NCBI GenBank assembly: GCA_964613215.1
Contig: CAZTHK010000016.1
Coordinates: 3,966 to 67,965, forward strand
Length of the DNA stretch: 64,000 bases
From: an uncultured bacterium
GTDB lineage: Bacteria > Krumholzibacteriota > Krumholzibacteriia > Krumholzibacteriales > CAZTHK01
Direction: 5' to 3'
This document shows positions 8,841 through 19,965 of this stretch, piece by piece (within the stretch, counting starts at the first letter, position 1; each line of letters opens with the position of its first letter). A program made the position numbers and the translations under genes. The notes beneath the pieces were generated by a model that saw only the letters and a list, made by a program, of their open reading frames with translations, was not told the DNA's origin and ran no database searches.

Positions 8841-10118
8841 TTGACTGAGTATCAAAAGGCCAGAAATGGAACTGTTACCCCTGTGCTGGAAGAAACTGCC
8901 GGAATAGAAGGAATAGACAGTGATATACTGCGCAGCAGGGTGGCATCCGGAGAGGTGGTAATACTGGGAATGCGAAGGGATGTCTGCCGGTTGATGGGGA
9001 TAGGCAAGGGTCTCAGGACCAAGGTGAATTCCAATATTGGTACCAGTCCTGACCATGACCGGCTGGATGTGGAGCTGGAGAAGCTTAAGGTCTCGGTGGA
9101 GGCGGGAGCTGATACCGTAATGGATCTCTCCACCGGGGGAGATATAGACAGGGTAAGAAGGATCATACTGGAGCGGTCTGAAATCCCTGTTGGGACGGTT
9201 CCCATCTATCAGGCAGTGGTTGAAGCCGGGAGAAGGGGAAGGGAACTGGTGGATTGTACCGTGGATGAATTCTTCGAGGTAATAGAGAAACAGGCTGAGG
9301 ATGGGGTGGATTTTATGACTGTCCACTGCGGCCTTACCAGAAGGCTGGGTGAGGAGGTGGCCAGAACCAGAACAGCCGGGGTGGTCAGCAGGGGAGGGAG
9401 TTTCCTCCTGCAGTGGATGGTGAAAAATAAACAGGAAAATCCCTATTATCAGTACTACTCCAGGTTGCTGGATATCGCGTATCACTATGATGTGTCCATA
9501 AGCCTGGGGGACGGGTTGCGTCCCGGTGCCATAGCGGATTCCACCGACAGGGCCCAGATAGGCGAGTTGATGGTGGTGGGTGAGCTGGTCAGAAGGGCCA
9601 GGGAGAGGGGGGTGAGTGTGTTCGTGGAGGGGCCCGGACACGTACCACTGGATGAGATTCCATCCAATATGATTCTGCAGAAGAAGGCCTGTGCAGGGGC
9701 GCCCTTCTATGTACTGGGTCCCCTGGTGACGGATGTGGCTGCAGGCTACGATCACATAACAGCCGCCATAGGGGGTGCTGTGGCCTCCTGGTATGGTGCC
9801 GATTTTCTATGTTACGTTACTCCGGCAGAACATCTCAGGCTCCCATCTGTGGATGATGTCAGGGAGGGAGTAATAGCATCCCGGATTGCCGCCCATGCGG
9901 GGGATGTTGCCAAGAATATCCCCGGAGCCTCAGAGTGGGATGCCCGTGTCTCCAGGGCCAGGGCCAAGCTGGACTGGGAGAAGGCCCTTTCGGAGAGCCT
10001 GGACCCGGTGAAGGCCGGTGAGATGTATGACCGGATGGAGAAGGGCTCCGACGAGCTGTGCTCCATGTGCGGCGAGTACTGTGCCATAAGGGGGACCAGG
10101 AGAAGCCGGGAAGAGTAA
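8841..10118 (+). CDS. thiC: Phosphomethylpyrimidine synthase ThiC (short radical-SAM form).
   Basis: Conserved blocks VNSNIGTSP, GADTVMDLSTGGDI, PVGTVPIYQA, and the C-terminal CSMCGEYCAIRG (CX2CX4C). GTG/TTG-type start after RBS gggaggcgg. Confidence 0.85.
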   Translation: MTEYQKARNGTVTPVLEETAGIEGIDSDILRSRVASGEVVILGMRRDVCRLMGIGKGLRTKVNSNIGTSPDHDRLDVELEKLKVSVEAGADTVMDLSTGGDIDRVRRIILERSEIPVGTVPIYQAVVEAGRRGRELVDCTVDEFFEVIEKQAEDGVDFMTVHCGLTRRLGEEVARTRTAGVVSRGGSFLLQWMVKNKQENPYYQYYSRLLDIAYHYDVSISLGDGLRPGAIADSTDRAQIGELMVVGELVRRARERGVSVFVEGPGHVPLDEIPSNMILQKKACAGAPFYVLGPLVTDVAAGYDHITAAIGGAVASWYGADFLCYVTPAEHLRLPSVDDVREGVIASRIAAHAGDVAKNIPGASEWDARVSRARAKLDWEKALSESLDPVKAGEMYDRMEKGSDELCSMCGEYCAIRGTRRSREE

Positions 10119-10134
10119 ATGGGGAGGGGTTGAA

Positions 10135-12519
10135 ATGGGTAAGCAGTCATCTTCGGGGCAGAGCGGCCGGCCGAATGAATCTGTTGGTAGGGATGTTTTG
10201 TCATCCTTCCTGCCCTATAGCTCAAGGGAAGAGGGAGAACCGGCCGCCGGGCATGTAGTGGAGGCGATATCCGGGAGTGCGGTTCCTCCCTCGCTTCTTA
10301 TTAATATAGCCGGAAAGATAGATTTTCCCGGACTTCCTCTGATCAGGCAGGCGGCCGGTCTCTCCGCCAGTAAGATGGAGGGGGGACAGGGGGATATATT
10401 TTCCCGCCCCACTGTACATCCTGTCGGTGACGAAAATGTTAGAGCTCCCTTCACCGGGGATGAAGCGGTTAGATTTATGCGTTCGGGGGAGGTGGAAGAT
10501 GTGGTTGAGGTGCTGTTCGGAAGGATATCCCGGGAGCTGGGGGAGGAGAGGGAGGGGCAGCAGGAGATGGCTTTTCTGGTGCTGGAGGCTATCAGGAATA
10601 ACCGGATAAGTGTAATAGAGGGGGGGACCGGTACCGGAAAGACCCTGGCCTATCTGGTTCCCGCCCTGGTGATGGCGGTGAGGGAGCAGCTCCGGGTGGT
10701 GGTATCAACCCACACCAGGAATCTCCAGGACCAGCTGTTCAGAGGAGAGATGCCCCTGCTTATGAAACTCTCCGGTGTACCTGTGAAGGTGGAGCGGCTC
10801 ACCGGAAGAGAAAATTATCTCTGTTCCAGAAAGATAGTATCAGCGGCTGTTTCGAAGGCGGAGGATAATCCCCGGATGGCTCTGGCAATAGCCATTACTG
10901 CTGCTCTCTCCCCCGAGGGCACTGTGGCATCCCTTCCCCCCGGCGATTACTACAATTATATATCCACCCTGACGGCGCCACCCCGCTGTCCCATGGGAAG
11001 ATGCAACCATGCTTCCTGCTGCCCCCTGGTCCGGGCCAGGAAGAGGGCCAGAAAATCCCGGATACTGTTTGTAAACCATGCCCTGCTGCTTACCGATTAC
11101 CGCCAGGATAACGGTATTCTGGGGTCATATGATGCCGTGATCTTCGATGAGGCTCATCATCTGGAACAGTCGGTGGCGGAGAACCTGTCGGTTACCATAT
11201 CCGGTGATGATCTGGACAGAATAACAGAGGAGCTGTACCCACTGTCGGTGGAGAATGAAAGATGGAAATTTCTGCTGAATGAACTCGGGTGTGGTGAGGA
11301 GCCTGAGCTTGCAGATGCGGTAAGGAAGGGATTGTGGAGATGGTTACCCCGGCTCAGGGGCAGCTATACCAGGTTTTTTGCCGGTCTCAGGGATGAGCTT
11401 AATCCTGATGGCAAATTCAACAACTCCCGCACAAGGTACTACGACGGGAGGGAGGCATTTGCTTCCGTTAACGGTTCAATAAAAAATATCTGGTTATATT
11501 ACAGCAAATTAAAAAGTTCACTTGATAGATTACTTGAAGTAAATATGAAGGGAGAGGCGGGGGAGTTCCTGCTGGAGATAAGGCTTGCCGGCGGGCAGAT
11601 GGAGGAGTTCATGGAGGGGATGAGGTTTCTGCTGGAGGGGGATGATGAAGATTCGGTCTTCTGGATGGAGTGGGGGGAAAGTGGTTCGGCCAGGAGGATC
11701 TGCGGTTCACCCCTGATGGTGGGAAGGCTGTTTGCGGGGTATCTCGAGGATATGGGAGGACCGGCACTGCTGACCTCGGCAACCCTCTCTCAGAATGAGA
11801 GCTTCGAATACACAGTAAAGAGGCTGGGGCTGGATCAGTCGGGAAGGGAGGTGGATACCCGGATAATCGAATCTCCCTTCGATTACCCCGAATGCTGTAG
11901 AATGTTACTGTACCATAACGGTGAAGATCCCAACAGGAAGGGTTTCGGGGAGAGTGTGGGCGAGGTAGTGGAAAAAATAATAAATCGAGTAGGGCGCCGG
12001 ACCATGGTACTGTTCACCTCCTACCGTATGTGTTATGAAACCGCCGGCTATCTCAGGGATGCCGGTCTGAAAGTGCCTGTACTGGTTCAGGGATGGGGAG
12101 ACAGCCGCCATGTACTGGCCGATAAGCTAAGGAACAGCCACTCGGGAGTCCTGCTTGGAGTGGCCAGTTTCTGGGAGGGGGTGGATTTCCCGGGAGAAGA
12201 GCTGGAGATCCTTATTATACCAAAGATTCCCTTCCCGGTACCGGCCGAGCCAATGGTAGAAGCAAGATCGGAGAAGATGCGGGCCAATGGCGAAAATCCC
12301 TTCCAGCAGCTGTTCATGCCTGAGGCTGTTCTGAGATTAAGACAGGGAGTGGGCAGGCTGATCAGGAGCAGGGAGGACCGGGGAGTGGTGGTTTTCATGG
12401 ATCACCGCCTGCAGAGCAGGCCATACGGTGCCAGGATTGTCTCCTCGCTGCCCTCTCCGGTGGAGAACTGCGGGGGGATGGATGAGCTGATAAAAAGGAT
12501 GGTTAACTGGTTCAGTTAG
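10135..12519 (+). CDS. dinG: ATP-dependent DNA helicase, DinG/Rad3 (XPD) family.
   Basis: Walker A GTGTGKTLAYLVPAL, DEAH box VIFDEAHHLEQ, Cys cluster PRCPMGRCNHASCCP (Fe-S), C-terminal helicase motifs. 794 aa. Confidence 0.75.
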   Translation: MGKQSSSGQSGRPNESVGRDVLSSFLPYSSREEGEPAAGHVVEAISGSAVPPSLLINIAGKIDFPGLPLIRQAAGLSASKMEGGQGDIFSRPTVHPVGDENVRAPFTGDEAVRFMRSGEVEDVVEVLFGRISRELGEEREGQQEMAFLVLEAIRNNRISVIEGGTGTGKTLAYLVPALVMAVREQLRVVVSTHTRNLQDQLFRGEMPLLMKLSGVPVKVERLTGRENYLCSRKIVSAAVSKAEDNPRMALAIAITAALSPEGTVASLPPGDYYNYISTLTAPPRCPMGRCNHASCCPLVRARKRARKSRILFVNHALLLTDYRQDNGILGSYDAVIFDEAHHLEQSVAENLSVTISGDDLDRITEELYPLSVENERWKFLLNELGCGEEPELADAVRKGLWRWLPRLRGSYTRFFAGLRDELNPDGKFNNSRTRYYDGREAFASVNGSIKNIWLYYSKLKSSLDRLLEVNMKGEAGEFLLEIRLAGGQMEEFMEGMRFLLEGDDEDSVFWMEWGESGSARRICGSPLMVGRLFAGYLEDMGGPALLTSATLSQNESFEYTVKRLGLDQSGREVDTRIIESPFDYPECCRMLLYHNGEDPNRKGFGESVGEVVEKIINRVGRRTMVLFTSYRMCYETAGYLRDAGLKVPVLVQGWGDSRHVLADKLRNSHSGVLLGVASFWEGVDFPGEELEILIIPKIPFPVPAEPMVEARSEKMRANGENPFQQLFMPEAVLRLRQGVGRLIRSREDRGVVVFMDHRLQSRPYGARIVSSLPSPVENCGGMDELIKRMVNWFS

Positions 12520-12563
12520 AAGATTGTACCTTAATAACAACTGACAGCTTTCCTGGCTCAACA

Positions 12564-14225
12564 TCAGCGCAGAAGGACGAGTTTCCTGGTCCGAGCTCCC
12601 CCCTCCGTAACCAAGGAGCAGAAGTAGATTCCGGAAGCGACCGGACGTCCGGTGTCGCTCTGGCCATCCCAGACTACCTGGCCCCGTCCGGCATGGACCG
12701 TTCCATCCATCAGCGTTCTGACCCTCCTCCCGGCCGTATCGTAGATTACCATTCGAACAGGTGATTCATTCGGAACATAGAACGAAATGGTCGTCGCCGG
12801 GTTGAAGGGATTGGGAACCGCCGGCCCTATCCATGGCAGAGAAAATCTTCCGGGAAGCTCTGAAGAGGTTATCTCTTCTGTGGTTATGGCATATAGGTCC
12901 ACTGCATCCCCCGGGGTCTGCGCCATAACGGGATCGAACCGGAGACGTTTTATTACCCCGGTATAGAGGGGGTGCGAGGAGAGATCCACTTCATAAGAGC
13001 GAACCTCGCCATCCGGAATTACCGGTACTGTCAGGCGCCTGTCGCCGCTGAAAGCACCGTCTGCGCCGGCAAAGAAGAGTTCCGCCTGATCGCCGGCGGT
13101 ATGGTGAGCGCAGGTAATATAGATGACAGGCACATCCTCGGCCTGCCACAGGGAGCGGGGGAGGGTTATCTGCGGGTCATTGGAGTCAAGGATCAGTTGC
13201 CAGAACCCGCTGTAGGGCGGGCTGGTGTCGCTGAGGTTCCCGGGAAGACAATGCTGCCGGTCCCGGTCGAAGACAGGGTCCGGTCCGGGCTCCGGAGCAT
13301 TATTGTAGACATAGCTTCTGATATCATCGTAGAGATCGCCGAGAATCAGAGTGTACTCGTACTCATAGACGATGTTGTGATCCAGAAGTTCTGTGTGAAG
13401 CGGTGCCATGTAACCGGTGTTATTATCAGCAGGTCCGCCGCTTCCGGGAGTGCCATGGAATCCCCCCACGGTCAGGACGGTTCCGGGGTGGTATAGACCC
13501 AACCCCCAGCCCTGATCATTGACCAGAGCCGACCAGCACTCCGTGCTTTTCCAGTATTCCCAGGGAGGGCCGCTGTGGTTAATCTGTGTCAGCAAGCCGC
13601 CGGTGTACGGCTGGTCGCCGGTGTATGTAAGCAGGCGGTGAAGGGTGCCTACAGTGTATACAGCAGGCAGCTCCTGGTGCCTTGCGCTGTAGAGGGTGGA
13701 ATCGCTGCGCGCATTTGTCAGCCGGTTTCGAACGTGAACCCGGTTTGAATCCAGGGTGATCCAGGACTCCATGGTACATTCCGAGTCCACATTGCGAAGA
13801 GCCCACTGCTTGGGAGTGCACCTGACATAGAGCGAGTCGCCATGGTTGGTTGCCTCCAGCACCAGGGAGCGGCATCCATAGACATCTCCTGCCTGGACCG
13901 GGTTCCAGCCCCAGCCATCATACGCCGGATGCTGGTCTGCCCCTTCCGGAATGAAGGGAACAGGGCCGCTGTAGTATGACTGCTGGATATACCGCCCCAG
14001 GTCGCGGATGTTGACCACACTGACACCGGAGCCGCTCTCGCTCAGGTAGTTGATCGCTCCGCCGCGGTCAAGATCTATTCCCACCCGGATGATCCCGTTG
14101 TCAAGGTAGCTTGTCCGGGCCAGGAGCCTGCGCGGCAGAACAGCCGTTGTTACGGCACTGAATGTGATCAGGATTATGAATAGACAGGTGAGATGGCGTT
14201 TTATTATTGAATACATTAAGTTCAT
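12564..14225 (-). CDS. Secreted protein with a T9SS C-terminal sorting domain. The catalytic domain is unassigned.
   Basis: C-terminus VPNPFNPATTISFYVPNESPVRMVIYDTAGRRVRTLMDG...GIYFCSLVTEGGARTRKLVLLR (Por_Secre_tail-like). The likely start ATG at 14225 gives MNLMYSIIKRHLTCLFIILITFSAVTTAV, a signal peptide. The track ORF extends to a TTG at 14294. Confidence 0.6.
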   Translation of the reverse strand: MNLMYSIIKRHLTCLFIILITFSAVTTAVLPRRLLARTSYLDNGIIRVGIDLDRGGAINYLSESGSGVSVVNIRDLGRYIQQSYYSGPVPFIPEGADQHPAYDGWGWNPVQAGDVYGCRSLVLEATNHGDSLYVRCTPKQWALRNVDSECTMESWITLDSNRVHVRNRLTNARSDSTLYSARHQELPAVYTVGTLHRLLTYTGDQPYTGGLLTQINHSGPPWEYWKSTECWSALVNDQGWGLGLYHPGTVLTVGGFHGTPGSGGPADNNTGYMAPLHTELLDHNIVYEYEYTLILGDLYDDIRSYVYNNAPEPGPDPVFDRDRQHCLPGNLSDTSPPYSGFWQLILDSNDPQITLPRSLWQAEDVPVIYITCAHHTAGDQAELFFAGADGAFSGDRRLTVPVIPDGEVRSYEVDLSSHPLYTGVIKRLRFDPVMAQTPGDAVDLYAITTEEITSSELPGRFSLPWIGPAVPNPFNPATTISFYVPNESPVRMVIYDTAGRRVRTLMDGTVHAGRGQVVWDGQSDTGRPVASGIYFCSLVTEGGARTRKLVLLR

Positions 14226-14445
14226 TCCCGTTTCTGTTGGCACTGGTGCCTGGTGTGATAACCTGATTATAAGAGATTCGGCTATTTCTGTCAAAGCAAC
14301 CAGACATTTATATTTTCACCGGGTGGTGATTTCTGAATTAACTTGCCCGTAGTAATTCACACTGATAGAATAATCAAATACATTTAGAAGCATTTTAAGT
14401 GTTTATGAGATATTTCATTTCTCGCGAGATAAAAGGAGGCAGGTT

Positions 14446-16101
14446 ATGAGTACCAGAACTATAAGGGCGCCGAGGGGTTCTGAAATCAGCTGCAAGGGCT
14501 GGTTCCAGGAGGCGGCCCTCCGGATGCTGATGAACAATCTGGATCCGGAGAATGCGGAGAATCCCGGTGAACTGGTGGTGTACGGCGGTACCGGCAAGGC
14601 AGCCCGGAACTGGGAGTGTTATGACAGGATCGTTTCATGTCTGAGGGAGCTGGAGAATGACCAGACCCTGCTGGTTCAGTCGGGCAAGCCGGTGGGGGTG
14701 TTCCAGACTCATCCGGGTGCTCCGCGGGTACTTATCGCCAATTCCCTGCTGGTTCCCAAATGGGCCACCTGGGAACATTTCTGGGAACTGGAGAGCAAGG
14801 GAAAGATGATGTACGGGCAGATGACCGCAGGTTCGTGGATGTACATAGGTACCCAGGGTATCCTTCAGGGCACCTACGAAACATTTTCCGCACTGGCCAG
14901 GAAACATTACCAGGGGGATCTCTCAGGTAAGTTCGTTCTCACTGCGGGGTTGGGAGGAATGGGAGGAGCCCAGCCGCTGGCGGTTACCATGAGCGGAGGC
15001 GCTGTCCTGGCGGTGGAGGTCAATCCCGAGCATGTAGAGAGAAGGATAAAGACCAGGTACTGTGACGAGATGGAGACCGACCTGGACACCGCCCTGGAGA
15101 AGGTGATGTCTGCGGCAGAGGAGAAGAGAGCCTATTCGGTAGGTCTGGTGGGAAATGCAGCTGATATATATCCCGAGATAGTCCGGAGAGGGATAGTCCC
15201 CGATGTGGTGACCGATCAGACCTCCGCCCATGATGCTCTTAACGGTTATATACCATCCGGTTACAGCGTAGAGGAAGCGGCTGAACTTCGCAAAAACGAT
15301 CCGGACGGCTATGTGAACAAGGCCATGGAATCGATCGCCGTCCACACCGAGGCGATGGTGGATCTGCTGGATAAGGGTTCGGTGGTATTCGACTACGGTA
15401 ACAACATCCGCGGCCAGGCGGAAAAGGCCGGTTTCAGCAAAGCGTTCTCCTTCCCCGGCTTCGTTCCCGCATTCATCCGGGATCAGTTCTGTATCGGAAA
15501 GGGCCCCTTCAGGTGGCTGGCCCTCTCCGGTAACCCGGAGGATATCCACAGAACCGACGATCTGGTGCTGGAGCTCTTCCCCGAGAATGAATCTCTGTGC
15601 CGGTGGATCCGGATGGCCCGGGAGAAGGTTGCCTTTCAGGGGCTACCGGCCAGGATATGCTGGCTGGCATACGGAGAGCGGGAGAAACTGGGATTGGCGA
15701 TGAATGATCTGGTAAGAAAGGGAGAGATCGAAGCACCCATCGTAATCGGAAGGGACCATCTGGACAGTGGTTCGGTGGCCTCGCCCTACCGGGAGACGGA
15801 GAGTATGAAGGACGGCACTGATGCGGTGGCCGACTGGCCCATACTCAACGGTCTGCTCAATGCGGTCAGCGGGGCGGCCTGGGTTTCGGTTCATCACGGA
15901 GGGGGAGTGGGAATGGGCCTGTCCATCCATGCCGGGCTGGCTGTGGTGGCCGACGGAACCCCGGAGGGGGAGAAAAAACTTGGCAGATGTCTGAGGAATG
16001 ACCCTGGCACAGGGATTGCAAGACATGTGGACGCCGGCTATGAATTAGCCGTTGATAGAGCTAAAGATGCAGGGCTTGATATTCCGATGATGAATGATTA
16101 G
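14446..16101 (+). CDS. hutU: Urocanate hydratase (urocanase).
   Basis: Full-length 551 aa with the characteristic N-terminus [34 protein letters not shown]...[17 protein letters not shown] and the [13 protein letters not shown]-binding loop. RBS aaaaggagg. Confidence 0.9.
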   Translation: MSTRTIRAPRGSEISCKGWFQEAALRMLMNNLDPENAENPGELVVYGGTGKAARNWECYDRIVSCLRELENDQTLLVQSGKPVGVFQTHPGAPRVLIANSLLVPKWATWEHFWELESKGKMMYGQMTAGSWMYIGTQGILQGTYETFSALARKHYQGDLSGKFVLTAGLGGMGGAQPLAVTMSGGAVLAVEVNPEHVERRIKTRYCDEMETDLDTALEKVMSAAEEKRAYSVGLVGNAADIYPEIVRRGIVPDVVTDQTSAHDALNGYIPSGYSVEEAAELRKNDPDGYVNKAMESIAVHTEAMVDLLDKGSVVFDYGNNIRGQAEKAGFSKAFSFPGFVPAFIRDQFCIGKGPFRWLALSGNPEDIHRTDDLVLELFPENESLCRWIRMAREKVAFQGLPARICWLAYGEREKLGLAMNDLVRKGEIEAPIVIGRDHLDSGSVASPYRETESMKDGTDAVADWPILNGLLNAVSGAAWVSVHHGGGVGMGLSIHAGLAVVADGTPEGEKKLGRCLRNDPGTGIARHVDAGYELAVDRAKDAGLDIPMMND

Positions 16102-16236
16102 TTCTGCCTGGCAGCAGCCATTTTCCGGTTTTTGCTGTTGGATATACGGAATGAATATGATATTACCATGATTTCCGGAGTGTGCAAAATGCTCGGGCTA
16201 AGTTGGTAAAATGTCTTAATATGCAAGGAGTGGCGC

Positions 16237-17532
16237 TTGGTTGATACTGTAGATCTGTTGCTTCGCGGCGCCGGTCAGCTGATAACCTGCAGGAGTTCCG
16301 GTGGAGGAAGGAAACGCGGCAGGGCGATGGATGATATCTCCCTGATAGAACAGGGAGCTATAGCTGTTTCAGGTGGCAAGATTGTAGCCATAGGGAGTGA
16401 AGAAGAGGTAAACCGCAGTCTGGAATCCTCGCCGGTTGATGAAGAAATGGATCTGGGTGGAAGGGTGGTACTGCCGGGATGGGTAGACCCTCACACCCAT
16501 GTGGTGTTCTCCTCCTTCAGAGCGGATGAGTATGAGGCCAGGCTGAAGGGTGCGGATTACCTGGAGATAGGAAGAAAAGGGGGGGGAATAAAGAGAACCG
16601 TCCGGGAAGTCAGGGATACCGGTGAAGACAGATTGTTTGAGATCGGCAGGAGGCGGATACAGAGAATGTCCCAGGAGGGTATTACTACCGTAGAGATAAA
16701 GAGTGGTTACGGCCTGAATACCGAAAGCGAGTTGAAGATGCTCCGGGTTATCCGGCGGCTGGATGAGGAATCTCCCCTGGATATAGTTCCCACCTTCCTG
16801 GGAGCCCATGAGAAACCTCCGGAGTACAGCAGCCGGGAGTATGTGGGATTGATAATCAATGAGATGATCCCGGCAGTCCGGGACTCCGGGCTCTGCCGGT
16901 TTATCGATGTCTTCTGCGAAGAGGGAGTATTCACTCTGGAAGAGTCCAGGGAGATACTGGAAGCCGGCAGGAAGGCCGGATTCGGGCTCAAGATTCATTC
17001 CGATGAGATGAATGCTCTGGGTGGCACCGAGCTGATTGTGGATATGGGGGGGATTTCTGCGGACCATCTGGTCAAGGTGACCGAAAGGGGTATGGATAAG
17101 CTGGCCGGAAGTGAGACAGTGGCGGTACTCCTTCCCGGAACCACCTTCGGACTGGGAAAGAAGAGCTATGCTCCTGCCAGGGAGATGATAGAGAAGGGAG
17201 TAGCGGTGGCCATAGCCACCGATTTCAATCCGGGAAGTGCTCCCTCCAGCTCCATGTTCCTGGCCATTGCCCTGGCCTGTTCCCAGATGAGGATGACTCC
17301 CTCTGAGGCGATAAATGCCGCAACATACAACGCTGCTTGTGCTGTGGGAATGGAATCTTCGGTTGGCTCTTTAGAAATCGGCAAGAAGGCCGATATAGTA
17401 GTATGTGATGTGGAAGACTACCGGGAGATTCCCTCCCGGGCCGGAATTAACCATGCGGTGATGGTGTTCAAGGAGGGAAAAAGTATATGGGAGAAGGACA
17501 GTTTCAGGGATAGCAGTGAGGTGGGCGTTTGA
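16237..17532 (+). CDS. hutI: Imidazolonepropionase (amidohydrolase superfamily).
   Basis: Metal-binding DPHTHVVFS, KGGGI, HSDEM, AIATDFNPGS motifs. TTG start after RBS aaggag. Directly downstream of hutU. Confidence 0.85.
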   Translation: MVDTVDLLLRGAGQLITCRSSGGGRKRGRAMDDISLIEQGAIAVSGGKIVAIGSEEEVNRSLESSPVDEEMDLGGRVVLPGWVDPHTHVVFSSFRADEYEARLKGADYLEIGRKGGGIKRTVREVRDTGEDRLFEIGRRRIQRMSQEGITTVEIKSGYGLNTESELKMLRVIRRLDEESPLDIVPTFLGAHEKPPEYSSREYVGLIINEMIPAVRDSGLCRFIDVFCEEGVFTLEESREILEAGRKAGFGLKIHSDEMNALGGTELIVDMGGISADHLVKVTERGMDKLAGSETVAVLLPGTTFGLGKKSYAPAREMIEKGVAVAIATDFNPGSAPSSSMFLAIALACSQMRMTPSEAINAATYNAACAVGMESSVGSLEIGKKADIVVCDVEDYREIPSRAGINHAVMVFKEGKSIWEKDSFRDSSEVGV

Positions 17533-19097
17533 GTAAGACCAGCAAGATAAGGCGCAGGGCCCAGGAATTTCTCAAGAAGGGTAAACCGGAAAAGGCGGTG
17601 GTGGAATACAAGCGCCTTCTGGAGAGGGATTCCAAGAACCCTAATATTTTCAACGAGCTGGGGGATGTCTATTTAAGGTTGAATGACAGGATCAAGGCGG
17701 TTTCATGTTTTGAAAAAGCGGTGAATAACTATGAGCGGGTTGCCCTGTATAACAATGCTGCGGCGGTGTGCAAGAAGATTCTGAGGGTGGTGCCGGACCG
17801 CCGGGATACCCTCTTCCAGCTGGGAGAATTGAGAGCCAAACAGCACTTTGGGAGTGATGCGGCGAAATATTTCAGCCAGTATCTCGATTATATACTTACC
17901 GAGCCTTCTTCTGAGGAGGATGTGAGTGAAAAGCTGGAGATCATGCTGGAGTTTATGCCGCAGAACCGGGATATAATTGTAAAGATATCCGATGCTTTTT
18001 ATCAGATGGACCTCAAGATAAAAGCGGGCCAGGCTTTGAATGAGTATATCAAAACTATGAAGAGAAGTGGTAATCTGGACGGACTGGGAATGATACAACA
18101 GAAACTCTCCTCCATAAGATCAGAGCTCAGCGAAGATGAAGCGGGCAAACTGGCCGAAGGGGAAAATGATGAACCGGAGGAAGAAGATGATGCACGAAAG
18201 GCAGTGGAAGAGGTGATAGAACAGTCCCGGGAGGATGAATCACAGGCCCCGCCAGATTTCGGATTCATGGATAACAGTAAGCTTTCCGGGGAGCAGCCGG
18301 ATGAGGTGGTGAGCCGGGAGTCCGGGCCGGAGAGGGAGCCGGCCGGAACAGATACAGGTGAGAGCGATAAATCCTCTGCCGGCCCTGCTCAGCATTATGA
18401 AGAGGACCGGGAGGGGTTAATTGATTCCGGACGAGAGGAAGTATCAGCTGGTGATAAAAGCGGGGTAGAGGGAAATCAGGAGGAAGCTCAGGCGAGTTAT
18501 GAGGGGGGAGCCGGAGTATCAGAAGCTGGAGAAGAAGAGGAACCCGCGGAGTATGTAATTCCTGAGAATAAGGGGGATACAGAAACCGGCCGGGAAGATA
18601 TGAATCCAAAGAGCGGGGTGGATATCTTTTCCTCCGGTGAAGAGAAGGCAGAAGCCACCCAGCAGGGAGAACCCTCCGGTTCGGAGGGAGATAATCTGGC
18701 TGAGGATATTACCAGTGATGTGGAGGAGGATGATTTCAGGAGTCACTACGACCTGGGAATGGCATACCTGGAGATGGCTCTGTTCAAGGAATCCATAAAG
18801 GAATTTCAGATAGCTTCCCGCTCCGACAGGTTGAAACTCAAGAGCCTGGAGATGATAGGGTACTGTTTCCTTCAGCAGAACATGCCCGGTCTGGCGGTAA
18901 AGCAACTCAGGAGGGGTCTGGATATGGCGGATTCCATAGAGGGGGATACCCTGGGGCTTCACTATAATCTGGGATTGGCCTATGAGATGATGGGTGAGAT
19001 GGAGAAGGCCAGGGAACAGTTCGAAGATGTCTATATCGTGGATGTAACCTTTAAGGATATCGAAGAGAAGATGAAGAAGTTTACCACTTCTACCTGA
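17529..19097 (+). CDS. TPR-repeat protein with a long acidic intrinsically disordered central region.
   Basis: N- and C-terminal TPR-like helices (AVVEYKRLLERDSKNPNIFNELGDVYLRL...; HYDLGMAYLEMALFKESIKEF...). About 230 aa of E/D/G/S-rich low-complexity sequence between them. TTG start overlaps the hutI stop (TTGA). Confidence 0.55.
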   Translation: MSKTSKIRRRAQEFLKKGKPEKAVVEYKRLLERDSKNPNIFNELGDVYLRLNDRIKAVSCFEKAVNNYERVALYNNAAAVCKKILRVVPDRRDTLFQLGELRAKQHFGSDAAKYFSQYLDYILTEPSSEEDVSEKLEIMLEFMPQNRDIIVKISDAFYQMDLKIKAGQALNEYIKTMKRSGNLDGLGMIQQKLSSIRSELSEDEAGKLAEGENDEPEEEDDARKAVEEVIEQSREDESQAPPDFGFMDNSKLSGEQPDEVVSRESGPEREPAGTDTGESDKSSAGPAQHYEEDREGLIDSGREEVSAGDKSGVEGNQEEAQASYEGGAGVSEAGEEEEPAEYVIPENKGDTETGREDMNPKSGVDIFSSGEEKAEATQQGEPSGSEGDNLAEDITSDVEEDDFRSHYDLGMAYLEMALFKESIKEFQIASRSDRLKLKSLEMIGYCFLQQNMPGLAVKQLRRGLDMADSIEGDTLGLHYNLGLAYEMMGEMEKAREQFEDVYIVDVTFKDIEEKMKKFTTST

Positions 19098-19110
19098 AAG
19101 CCTCCGTCTG

Positions 19111-19965
19111 GTGAATAATTCTGAAAACAGATGCGATCTGCATGTTCATTCCAGCTTTTCCGACGGAGTGTACTCTCCCGCTAAACTGATAGAGATGGCT
19201 GCGGAGAAGCGGCTGTCGGCAATATCGGTAACCGATCACGACACAGTGGAGGGGCAGCAGGAAGCCCTGGAGACCGGATTCCGGTACGACATTGAGGTAG
19301 TGCCCGGCGTTGAGATCAGCGTTAAGATAGAGGGTAAGGAAATTCATATCCTGGGTTATCTGATCGATTATGAGAACAGTGTTATGCTGGATGAGCTGGA
19401 CGGCCTTAAGAGGCACAGGGAGAACCGGGCCAGAAAGATAGTGGACAAACTCTACCAGCTGGGTATCGAGGTACCCTACCGGGAGGTGGGTGAGATAGCG
19501 GGTGAGGGAGCAGTGGGAAGGCCCCACATAGCCAGGGCCCTGGTTCAGAGGGGAGTGGTGGAAACTCAACAGGAGGCCTTCAACCGTTTTATCGGTTACA
19601 GAAGCAGCGCCTATGTTCCCAGAAAGGTCCTTTCGGTGGAAAGGGTATCGGGTATAATAATGGCGGCAGGTGGAATACCGGTATGGGCGCATCCGGGCAG
19701 GGATATATCAAACCGGAAGATCAGAGAGAGAATCATAGCTTCGGAAGTAAGAGGTGTGGAGGTGTGGCACCCCAATCATGGTCGGGAAACCAGACAGGCC
19801 ATCGAGGAATTCGCCCGCCGGAACGATATGATTATTACCGGCGGGTCGGATTTTCATTCTGATGAGACCATGAAGGCAGGGATAGGTGAATTGCCGGTTT
19901 GTTACTCTTCGGTTATGGCACTGAAGCATGAGCAGGTACTTCTGAACAGTAAGGGGCAGGGTTAA
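19111..19965 (+). CDS. PHP-domain metal-dependent phosphoesterase (TrpH/YciV-like).
   Basis: CDLHVHSSFSDG...ISVTDHDTVEG...HILGY...WAHPGR...GGSDFHS PHP motifs. Confidence 0.75.
   Translation: MNNSENRCDLHVHSSFSDGVYSPAKLIEMAAEKRLSAISVTDHDTVEGQQEALETGFRYDIEVVPGVEISVKIEGKEIHILGYLIDYENSVMLDELDGLKRHRENRARKIVDKLYQLGIEVPYREVGEIAGEGAVGRPHIARALVQRGVVETQQEAFNRFIGYRSSAYVPRKVLSVERVSGIIMAAGGIPVWAHPGRDISNRKIRERIIASEVRGVEVWHPNHGRETRQAIEEFARRNDMIITGGSDFHSDETMKAGIGELPVCYSSVMALKHEQVLLNSKGQG

Noticed and set aside
8475-9755. 426-aa ORF on the minus strand, antisense to thiC.
   Set aside because: It fully overlaps a well-supported thiC CDS and its composition is low-complexity and Pro/Gly/His-rich, as expected from reading a high-GC gene in the antisense frame. 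There are no conserved motifs.
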